Below, piece by piece: positions 50,201 through 62,200 of a stretch of 64,000 bases of DNA. The number at the start of each line of letters is the position of its first letter. The stretch's first letter is position 1. Source of the stretch: Amoebophrya sp. A120 (Eukaryota > Protista > Dinoflagellata); contig CAJINV010000002.1 of NCBI GenBank assembly GCA_905178155.1, positions 3,849,838 to 3,913,837 on the forward strand, read 5' to 3'. A model generated the notes under the pieces. It was not told the DNA's origin. It made no database searches and was given only the letters and a program-made list of their open reading frames with translations. Made by a program: the position numbers and the translations under genes.

Positions 50201-53200
50201 ATGTCGCCTCCGACTGCGGCCACATCGTATCTTCAAAACCGCCACCGCAGGGAACTGCTCCTGGTGCAGAAGTCACTGCTGCGGCAGTGGTCGCGGTCGT
50301 CGGCCTACTACCTGCAGGTATCAAATGCAAAAATGTCTGGGTCTGGAAGAATGCAACTTGTAAAGCGTATTTCAGAACACGGAAACGTCTCTCATGCATA
50401 CGTAGCAAAAGCTCCCACTTTTTGTCAGCAAAATAGGGGACTTGTCATGCGGATTCGGCATTGCGGAAGGTTCTCGAAACCTGTAATGCTAGAGCTTCCA
50501 TGCTAGACCTTCTGTGTCATGCAAAAACAGCATGACTCTTCCAGACCCAGACATTTTTACAGTTGATAGCAGGCGCTGCTTGACCAGTCCAAGGTGGATG
50601 CGATGCAGGATAAAATTGTGGACCAGTATGCCGCCTATCCTTTTTACCGATCGTGCCGGCCGCAGCATGGGTATGAGAGTGCACAACTCCCCCTCCCCCT
50701 CACTTGTATGGCATGAACAGCAATTCAAACACCAGCACACGTGGAGGCTATGCATGACAAACTTATGCACATGCGCCTGATGTAGTACTGTTTGGGCTTT
50801 CGGAATTTGTCATGCAAACAGTGCCACAGGGCAGCGAATGGATTGGGGGTTTTGCATGACAAATGAGGGGGAGGGGGAGTTGTGTACTCTCATAATGGAC
50901 GGCCACAGCTCGGCGGCGGAGGTGGAGGCCCGCCTGTAACCGAGCTCCTCCTCTGGCTGGATCCGGGCGAAGCTGGGTTAGCCCTGGGTGGCGACTACTC
51001 TTTCCACCGTGGCTATGGAACTGTCAGGATCGAAATCGACAAAGTTGAAAGGATTTGCCATGCATAAAATTGATATCAGTTGGAGCCTCAGTTTGCAAGC
51101 GGCGCCGACAAATTTCGGGAGCACCCAAATCCAGTCTGTCAGGCTGTTTGGGCAAAGAAGACTGCTCCTGTCGTGCTACTCTGGCAGCAGCACATTGCAC
51201 ACCCCTAAACAGGCTTGCCATCGGTCTCATTTGCCTGCTCCCCAACACAGGCCACACGGGCCCTACATTTTATGCATTACAAATTATTTCAACTTTGACG
51301 ATTTCGCGCCTGACGCTTCCATAGTGGCCAGATGGAGAAAAGGTACCGGGAACGCGTAGGCTTAGTATCCCATGAAAAAACTGTTTCACTGTGATGATCT
51401 TTCAAGATCTGCATCACAAGTTTGTTACACATGACACAGAAAATTTGCCATGCGCGCTTCCCAAGGGAAAAGACGCTGAAAAATCCAATGTCTTGCAAGT
51501 GTAGCAAGACAAATTGTTCTGTGCTCTATTCTCTGCATCACAAGTTCACAGTGAAACAGTTTTTTCTTGCGATACTTAGGGTCAGAAGACCATTGGATCA
51601 ATCAGCCCATCTCTGCTCCTATCAAATGTAAAAATGTCTGGGTTTGGAAGAGTCACGCTGTTTTTGCATGACACAGAAGGTCTGGCGTGGAAGCTCTAGC
51701 ATCACAGGTTTCGAGAAGCTTCCGCAATGCCGAATCCGCATGACAAATCCCCCATTTTGGTGACAAAAAGTGAGCGCCTTTTGCTACCAATGCATGAGAG
51801 ATTTTTCTGTTTTCTGAAATGCGCATCACAAGTTTGGACTCTTCCAGACCCAGACATATTTGCATTCCATAGCCCCCGCAAATAAAGACGCGCCAGGGCC
51901 AGCGTGGATTACGGATCATGAAGCCACAATAAATAAGCCCGACCACGACCCGGCGACGCGAGAAGAGGTTGGAGATCAAAGCCCCATGATGTCGTGGTAT
52001 GGGGCCCCCATACCACACTGGGCCAGCGAGGCGCTAGACAAGGTGCAGGAAACGCACGAGCTCTTCGTTTTGATGCTACAGGGGATTTATCAAATGTAAA
52101 AATGTCTGGGTCTGGAAGAATGCCAGGTTTGTCATGCACATTTTGCATGACTCCTGATGTCTGTGATGCATGCCCTAGCATCACAGATTTTGTGAGGGCT
52201 TCCTGATGCCTGTACCGCATGACAAATGCTCTTTCCGTGTAGCAAGACCTGGACTCTCTTTGCTGCTCATGCAATACAGATTTTTGTAGAATAGAAAATC
52301 AGCATGACAAGTTGGATTCTTCCAGACATCCAGGGATTTTTACAGTTGATAGGATTTATCAGACCCAGTTCGGTTCCACGTTAGTATTATATTACAATGA
52401 AAAATGCCCCCACCCCCGAACTTGAAAGCATTTGTATTGCAAACCTTTCCAAATGAAACATTCGCCCTCTTGCATGTATCAGCATCACAGATTTCCGATC
52501 GTGAATAACAAAAATTTCTATTGCAAAAGATCCCAGCAAGAGCGGTGCTTGTCATGTAAGCGATGCGAAACACGACTAGAATCTGCATCAGAAAGATTCA
52601 TACTCCTTTCATGCATGACAAAAAGTTTTCATTTGGAAACTTCGCATCACAAATTTTTGCAACTTTGGGGTGGGGGGCACTTTTCACTGTAATATATTAA
52701 CGACAGATCAACTTGAACATATTAAACAAGCCACTGTACGACTACAGCTAGAAGCTCCACCTGGAGCAGTAGGGGGTGAAGAAGGCACTACTACTTCCAA
52801 TGCGGGTCGTCAACCGCTGCTGCTCGACGGGACGATGACAACTGCTATGAGTGGTTTTGCTGCGCCGCCGCCGCGCAACTCCACAACAACAACCGGCGTG
52901 ATGTCCAGTACCGACACTTTCAATAACCCGGCGCCAGGTCTTCTGCAACCAGAAGGCCTGCTAGAAGTTGAAGACGACGTCGCAGCTGCCGTGGGGCGGT
53001 TGTTAGTGCAGGACGTGTTGCGGGCGGGCATGTGGAGGAGAAAGTTCGCAGACGCGCTGCTGCTGTCGCACCCAAGGCTGTTGATGCAGCTTGACAACAA
53101 CTTGATTCAGGCAGAGAAAAATAAAATGATCGGGATCAAGAACCCAGCGGCCCACGCGAGTGAAGGTTGGGACGAGATGACCCGTCGCAACCGCCGCCAT

Positions 53201-56200
53201 GATGTGCATAACCCCTTTCTGCAGCATATCCTGAGTAAAAACGTACCCACACCAGAGTCAGGATGAGGATTTTGCAACACAAACCTACGAGTTTTGTGAG
53301 TCACGCATCACAAGTTGCACCATGCAGTGTAGTGCAGGTTAGCAAGTGCAGCCGCATCACAGATTCATCTGCTCATCCTGTTCACAGCATCACAAATTCC
53401 AAAACACGGCTGGAAATGGCTCTCATGGGGATGCGCATTACAAGTCTTCCTGTCTTTGCAAATCTGCATTACAACTCTGGTGTGGGTACGTTTTTACTCA
53501 GGATACAGCACGGCATGAGCGTGGGGGGAAAATTCCTGCTGGAAAGCAAAGAGCAAACCGCGGACACGAGTATTTCGGGCCCGCATAATGCCATGGGCCC
53601 GGATGGGGAAAGAGCAACAGAGATTTCTCTAGAGATGTTGCATGCCCATGCTGGAAAAGAGCAAGAGCTTATCACGAGAAAAAAAGCATTGTAGGTGTAA
53701 CTTTTTTGGAGGAACAGCATTACAAATTTGTCTGGCATGACAGCAAAAACCTGTCATGCGCAGACAGTACGTGAAAACGCCCTTTAATGGACCCTACGAT
53801 GCATGCCAAGCATGACAGACGCAATCATCTTGCATGTTGCGCATCACAAATTTACACTAGCCGCGTTTTTTTCTTGGATAGAGCTGAAAAGCGTGAAACG
53901 GAAACGGCTCTGGAGAAGCTGGGTGCTCCGCTTGCTGTATGAGAGTGCACAACTACTCCCCTAGTACCCCTCATTTGTATTGCATGGACAGCAACAGCAC
54001 ACGTCCTGGAATCAACGCAGCTTTTGCATCATGACAAATTCGCGAGGACCGATTCTAGTGCTGTTTCTGCTTCCGAAATTTGTCATGCAAGCAGTGCCAA
54101 ATGGCAAAGGATGGATTTGCTGTTTTGCATGACAAATGAGGGGGACGAGGGGGAGTTGTGCATTGTCATACTTTGCAAAGACAAGGGTCTTATGAACTGC
54201 AAAAGCATCGCACTCGTATAAATGCATTACAAATCTCCTCAGCATGAAAAATAAAATTTGTAATGCTGATTTGCCTTCAGAAAAAAATTGCAAGACTTGC
54301 ATTTATACGACTACGATAATTTTGCACAGGATAGGTCTATCCTCCGCCCGGTCAAAGGCGGCGAGCCGGCCTTCTTCCTGTGGCGGAAGGCGTATCAAAG
54401 TGAAAAAAACCCCCTCTTCATTCTGAAACGGGAATTTCTGTTGCTGGATTTGTGTACACAAATCAGCGCTGTATTGCAGCAAGCGCTTGCAGGCATTTCG
54501 TATAAGTAGCGTGATTAGGTATGCAAGAGGCTAGCACTCAGGCATGACAGACAGCCTTGCAGTAGGCAAAAGCGCACGACAGCTTGGCTTTGAAGGCGCC
54601 ACACGGGTCGCATTTGCCTCACATGCAAGACAAAGCTCACAAATCAGCATCACAAATTTATTCCATTGTGGAGGGGGGATTTTTCCCCACGATAAGGCGG
54701 AGGCGTTGTTTCTGCCCCCGATTGGGAACCGGTTTCACAACTACCCAGAGAAGGGGGCCTTTATTGCCGCAGAAGATGCTGAAAATGTTGTTGTTGTTGA
54801 AACCAAGAAGCATCCTCGTCCACTGTATGGGCCAGTAAATTCCCTGCCACGAGGACCTGCAGGACCACCTCTACTACCTCCATCTTCGTCGTTCTTGGGC
54901 GGGGGCAACATTCAGCAGGCGGACGACGCTCCCGATGTCGTGCTAGAGGTGACCACGCCAAGTAGATTTCTGCAACTGCCACCTCCACCGCCTGAAGTAG
55001 CAGAAGATTTTGGCTTGCTGCCTAGAAATGGGGGTCAAGCAGGGGCGACTGCGTCTTTCCTCACTGTAGCGGTTGGTACAACAAAAGCCACACCTTCGAG
55101 CGGTGCGGCAGCAGGAGCAGCAGCATCGGCCCGCCCAGACGAGGACACTACTACAGCGAGAGTCAGAGACCGAGCCTGGCTGCAAAAGCAAAACAGCAGA
55201 GCCGCAGAAGGGGAAAGGAAAGAAACTTCTACTTCTGTTGCAGATGAAGTCTTCAGCATGGTGCCAGAGGAGGACAAAAAAGCTGCTGCTGCAGTAACAC
55301 AAGCACCAGCCGCGAGAGAAGGTGCAGAAGAGGGTGCTGAGCAGCCGGAAAATGTTGACATAGGGGAAGAGGGAGGAGGACAGACAAAGAACTACTTCGG
55401 GAACGACGAAGAAGACGAGGAAGAATCTGGGCGCCCTCTTTCGCGGCGGCACAACAGCTGGTTGGGAGGGGGGAACATTAACTCGATGGGCGGCTTCCCC
55501 GTGGTCGGCCGCGACGCCCGGTTCCGGTCGGAACTCCCACTACAAATCGCGGTGCGGTCCAGTGGGGCAAGCGTGGGAAGTATCCTGTGAGAAAACGTTC
55601 CCACAGCATAGTCAAGTTGGTAAATTTGCAACACAAATCTCCAACTTTTGGACACATAGTATATGCATGACAACATTGGACTCGTAGTGTAATCCTGTTT
55701 CGGTAGTGCAGCAGTATCACAGATCTAGCGCATCATGCTGCTTGGAGCATGACAAATTCCCAAAGCCGACTAGAAGAAAATGCCTCTCATGGGGCCGCTC
55801 CGCATGAGAAATATTTTCAGCATGCAGATTCGCATGGCAACTCTGGAGTGGGGACGTTTTTACAAATGATAGGGAGTGCCGCTTTTTTACTCCCGGTCGA
55901 GCGAGACCGGGAGCTCGAGGACGAGGCGGATGAGCAAAACAGCAGGCCTATCAAAATGAAAAAAGCCCCCGCCCCATATCAAAGGGGAAATCTGTGACGC
56001 AGGATTTGTGTACACAAATGCGCGCTGTCTTGCAGTACGGCATCGCAGCCAGATCCGCAGCCTAGGGAGGGAAATTGGGTCTAGGTGCTTAGCATTACAA
56101 ACGGCTGTCCTTTAGGCCCCACAGCTAGTATGCCAAATCGCTTCCATATTGGCGCGGAAGCCTCTGCATTTGTCTTCTTGCAGGACAGACGTGATTTGTG

Positions 56201-59200
56201 GTCTCAAATCAGCAAGACAAATTTTCGCAAGCATGCCTTTTCGATATGGGGAGGGGGGATTTTTCTTCTCAATAAGGCCCGCCAGGCCCAGGGACCTCGG
56301 GGTGCGGTATCCGGATATGCTCGCGAAAGAAGAAGAGCAGTTACGAGAACTCGAGCTCTTCTACCACGCCCGGTACGAGATAATCCACGGCGAACAGCAC
56401 GCCGTCTCGCTGAAATCCGATTACGAGACAGCCATTGTATCCTGAGTAAAAATGATGTCCCCACACGACCAGAGTTGTCATGCAAATCTGCATGCCAAAG
56501 AAGTTTCTCATGCGGAGCCCCATGGGAACCATTTTCTATACCTGTTTTGGAATTTGTAATACTAGAATCAGCATGATAGGCTAGGTCTGTGATGCTTCGG
56601 AACTAGCTAAGTAAACAGGATTACACTACGAGGATAAACTTGTCATGCGAAACAACCAGGGGTGGCTGATTTGTCTAGCGGATTCTTTCCCATCTTGACT
56701 CTGGGGTGGGGCCGTTTTTGCTCAGGAGACATTGCCGCTCTTCGCCAGGATTGCACGGCTTATCGCTACCTCTCGGTCCCTATCAAATGTAAAAATGTCT
56801 GGGTCTGGAAGAATGCAACTTGTGATGCTATTTTTGGAATCCAAAAAAGTCTGTATTGCATGAGCAACAAGAGGCGTCCAGTTTTTACTCCGCGGAGAGG
56901 GGATTTCTCATGCGGGATAGGCATCAAGATGCCCGCAAAAAATTTGTGATGCTGGTGCATACATCACAGACATCACGGGTCATGCAAAATGTGCATGACA
57001 AACCTGGGAATCTTCCAGACCCAGACATTTTTACATTTCATAATCCCGCTGATGGCCCGACAGGATTTGATCCTGTTGGCGGCACGCCAGGGCTGCGACG
57101 ATATTCCGCACTACCTGCCGCTCCAGCAACAGCTCAATATGCTGTGCAAAAGTATCGTACTCGTATAAATGCAGGTCTTGCATTACAAATTTCTTTGTCA
57201 AGGCAAATCAGCATTGCAAATTTCATTTCTCATGCTGAGAAAATTTGTAATGCATTTATACGAGTACGATGCTTCTGCATTCCATACTCAATTTCACGAT
57301 GCAATTTACGAACACGGTTCCGCGGTGGCTGAGAGAGGACATTGGCGAGCAGGCGGATCTGCATCTGCTATCCCAGTCTCCGCAGTGGTCGGAGACAATT
57401 TTGGATTCGTATTTTGGGCCCAAATTTTTCGCGGAACTCGCCGCTGTGAACGCGAACTGCCTCTTTTCCCTTCTTCGGGTCTCGCGGGTGGACATTCGGT
57501 TTTCGCGCTTACTCTCCGTGCTACAAAAGGAGGAGAGCGATCGCGCCGATGTTGAACAGGAGGCCAAGGAGGATCATCAACATCTTGATGTTGATGCTGG
57601 TGCAAGAACAACTTCTACTACTGCGAAAGATGGTGCGCCGCAAGAATCGTCTTCTTGGGGATTTCTGCTGCAGAAAGAAGACGCGAGAAATGGCTTCCAT
57701 ACTCGCAGTATCAAATGTAAAAATGTCTGGGTCTGGAAGAGTCATGCTGTTTTTGCATGACACAGAAGGTCTGGCATGGAAGCTCTAGCATTACAAGTTT
57801 CGAGAAGCTTCCGCAATGTCGAATCCGCATGACAAATCCCCCACTTTGGTGACAGAAAGTGGGCAGCTTTTGCTACCCATGCATGACAGATTTTTCTGTG
57901 TTCTGAAATGTGCATCACAAGTTCGGATTCTTCCAGACCCAGACATTTTTACATTTTATACGCAGCTCCGCGGTGCGGCAAATGGTGCAAAAGGCCGTAG
58001 TATCCTGAGTAAAAACGTCCCCACCCCATAGTTGTCATGCAGCTGTGCAATGACAGGACGATTTGTAATGCGCATCCCCATGAGAGGCACTTCCAATCGT
58101 GTTTTGGACTTTGTAATGCTGTAAACAGGATGAGAAGCTCACTTTCTCATGCGGCTGCCCTTGCTAAACAGCACTACGCTACAGATGGAAACTTGTCATG
58201 CAAAACTCCCAAAACTTGGAGATTTCTGTTGCAGATTTACCAACTTCACTATGGGGTGGGAAGGTTTTTACACAGGATACGTAGCTGGCGCCGGACTGCT
58301 GCAGTTTCAGGCGATGCTTGTGCGCAACTACTTTCACTACAAAACGGAGTACCTCCCGGGCCACGCGTATGGAAGCGTCAGGTTTGAAATCGACAAAGTT
58401 GGAATGATTTGCCATGCATAAAATGCAAGGCAGGAAGTGCGTGTCTTGCCGGGATGGCAAGTGAGGCCGACTGTCAGCCTGCTTCGGGTTTGAAATAAAA
58501 CTGCTAAAGTAGCATGACAAAAGCAGTCGTCTGTGCCCAAACAGCATGCCAAATTGGATTCCGGCGCGCCGAAAATTTCTCATGCACCGCTTGGAAATTC
58601 TGCTTCCAACTGGTATCGATTTTATGCATTACAACTTTGACAATTTCAGTTCTGACGCTTCCATAACGCGGTCAAGCTGCGCATCGAGGCCGGGGATTTC
58701 CGGCAGCTGGAAGTGGCCGCTCGTGGTCTTGAAGCTACTAGTAAAACTGGTAGTCCTGCTTCTAGAATGGCAACTCGAACTACTCTATGAATTGCAAATA
58801 GGTATCGTACTCGTATAAAAGCATTGCAAATTTCCTCAGCATGAGAAATGAAATTTGTAATGCGGATTTACCTTGAGAAAAAAACTTGTAATGCATGACT
58901 GCGATTACTACGAGTGCGATACTTTTGCACAGGATATACTCCTGCTTCTACGTCGGCGCAACGGTTTTGGCAGCGGCGAATGGAGCTGCTGCAGTATCTT
59001 TCCATAGCGACCTATCAAAATGAAAAATCCCCCCTCCCCATATCAAATTGGAAATCTGTGATGCAGGATTTGTGTACACAAATCAGCTTTGTCTTGCAGT
59101 AGAGGGCTGCACGCAGATACAACAAAGCCTGGGTTGGGCCTTTTTGGTGGTGGCGCCTAGCAAGGGAGACTTATCCTCTGCACGCCATACAGCATTACAA

Positions 59201-62200
59201 ATTGCCCACAAATTCCGGCGGAGTCTCTGGCTTTGCCCTCTTGCAATACAAGGACGATTTGCGTCCACAAATCAGCATCACACATTTTTCGAAGTATGTC
59301 TTTTCAGTATGGGGAGGGGGATTTTTCCATACGATACGACCGGGGAGGACGCTACCGCCCGGCGTCGCAGAGACGTCGCCGTGGATGCGCATCTGTGGGT
59401 GGCGGCAGAAGAGGGCTCCGCTGACTATACCGAGGCGCGGTCGGAGAGAATTTTAGAAAAGGGACGATATGGATCGCATCCATATACAACTTCGGCTCCC
59501 ATCCAGCAGGAAGATCTTCTCCTTGCGCAAGATGGTAAAACTTCTCGACGACGAGGTATCCAAGGAAAAAACTGTTTCACTGTGATGATTTTGCAAGATC
59601 CGCATCACAAGTTTGTTACGCATGACACTGAAAATTTGTGATGCGCGCATTTCCCACAGGGAAAAACACGGTTGAAACTCCAATGCTCTATGCAGGTGTA
59701 GCAAGACAAATAGTTCTGTGTTGCATTTTTTGCATCACAAGTTCACAGTGAAACAGTTTTTTTTTGCGATACGAGGACCAGTGTTTCCCTTCACGATCGT
59801 CTTGCACCGCAACGACTTCTATGCATCGCAAAAATGTCTGGGTCTGGAAGGATGCAACTTGTAATGCTAATTCTGGATCGTGCAAAAATCTGTGCTGCAC
59901 GAATGCCAAAAGTTGTCCACTTTTGACCAAGTTGGGAGGAGGTTTCTCATGCAGGATAGGCATGATAGGGGTCTCACAGAATCTGTCATGCTAGCTCCTG
60001 CATTCCAGACGGCATGGATCATGGAAAATCTGCATGACAAATCTCGCAATTTCCCAGACCCAGACATTTTTGCATTTGATAACTTCTACAACTTTCGATA
60101 CTTCTATCCGAGTGCACAAGTAGAACTCGCCCTCCGTCTCATTTGGAGTGGAGCATGAACAGCAATTATAAATACAACAAACGCCAGCAGGAGGAGCACC
60201 TGCGGAGCTAGTGCATGACAAGTTTATCAGCCGACCGTAGTACTGTTTGGGCTTCAAAAATTTATTGCCATGCAAACATTCAGTGCTACAGGTTCTTGTA
60301 CAGGCGGGAAGCAACTCGATTCGGCATTTTGCATGACAAATGAGGGGCACCAACATGTTCGGGTGTAAGGAGTTCCGGGCAGTGCTCCGTGCACCCTTGC
60401 GACACCACCCCGCATCGCCCCGGGTACTTATGCATGACACATGAGGGGGAGGTGGACTTGGAGTTGTGCACTCGGATAAGTTCAATTTTGATCAGCAGCG
60501 GGGCGTGCACGATGGTGCGAATAGCCTGCGGGCGGTATCAAAAGGAAAAATCCCCCCTTCCCATACTGAAAAGGTATATTTTTGGAAATTTGTGATGCTG
60601 ATTTGTGGTCGCAAATCGTGTCTGTCTTGCAAGAAGGCAACTCCGCAGGCTCCGCCGCATTGCGCGGCCGGTTTGTCATGCTGTTGGGCCTACAGCGTGG
60701 CTGTTTTTCGTGCTAAGCGCCTAGGCCAAAGCCTCTCATCTATTCAAACTTGGTATGGGCTTACAGTTCTCTCCGGCAAGACAGCTCGGATCTATGTACA
60801 CAAATTCAGCATCAGAAGTTTCGTTTTGATATGGGGAGGGGGGATTTTTCCTTTCGATAGGCGGCGGGGGAACGAAAAATCGAAGGCGGGAGGAGCAGAG
60901 GCTTCATACAGGGTGATAATACTTCTATGCCCCCACCACCCTGTAATATTAACAAGTCTAACTACTTCTATGAGGATGGTTTTCTCTGGGATTTGAAAGA
61001 ACAGCGAATTGTTCCAGATCCAGCAGCAACAGAGAATGAAACAATAAAAACCGATGAAACAAGTACAAGTGGCACCACAAATGTTGACCAGGGCAGAACT
61101 ACTGCCTCTGCTGCACCTTCTTCAAGAACGGAGGTAGACGCCGCGGGTCCTCCCTGCAGGGACGAAGGGCAAGATATTGTGAGGAAAAATGCTCCCTCCC
61201 CATATTGGACAGGTATGGTCCTAAAAATTTGTGATGCTGATTTGTGACCACAAATCCTGTCTCTCTTGCAAGGGGGCAAATCCAAAGAATCCGCCGGCCT
61301 ATGCAGGCGATTTGTAATGCTGTTGCGGCTACATGGCAGGCCTCTGCTATGCTAAGCACGTACATCGAAACAAACCTGCGCAGGCTCAGGCTTTGCCTGC
61401 GGTGCCTCACCGCAAGACAGAGCTGATTTGTGTACACAAATCCAGCAACAGACGTTTCAATATGGGGAGGGGGGATTTTTCACTTTGATACAAGAATCTC
61501 TACCGCCGGAAGTAGACGATAGAATTATTTCGGGCGGCGGCCCGGAGCCGCTTTTTCACCGATATGCATTGCAAAAATGTCTGGGCCTGGAAGAATGCAG
61601 GACGTGTCATGCTTGTCTGGCATGACTCTTGGATCTGTGATGCGTAAGCAGGAACTGGGTCTCCTGCCTGTCATGCAAAAACGCAGTTTGCCATGCAGAA
61701 AACGAAGCACATGGCACGTGCGAAAACTTGTCATGCTTGGCTGCATATTGTAATGCGTCCACGATTCACAGATTTGCATCACAAGTTTCCAGACCCAGAC
61801 ATTCTTGCCTTTGATAACCGGCTCAAAGTCACCATTTTGGAGAAAGACGTGCCTGACGTGAACTTGGTCCGACTGCTGAGCAAGGGTGACGCCGAAGATC
61901 AGAAAATAGCGTCCGGCCGGTTTGGGCATTCCTACCAGGAGCGACACCAGAAGTGGCGCGGCTTCTTTCTGAACGATATGGATTGCAAAAATGTCTGGGT
62001 CTGGAAGATTGCCACGTTTGTCATGCATATTTTGAATGACCCATGATCTCTGTGATGCATGCCCTAGCATCACAGATTTTACGAGGCAGGCACGATGCCT
62101 CTACCGCATGAGAAATGCCCTCCCCGCGTAGCACAAACTGGGGTCCTCTTGCTGGTCGTGCAATACAAATTTTTTTAGAATCCAGAGACAGCATCACCAG

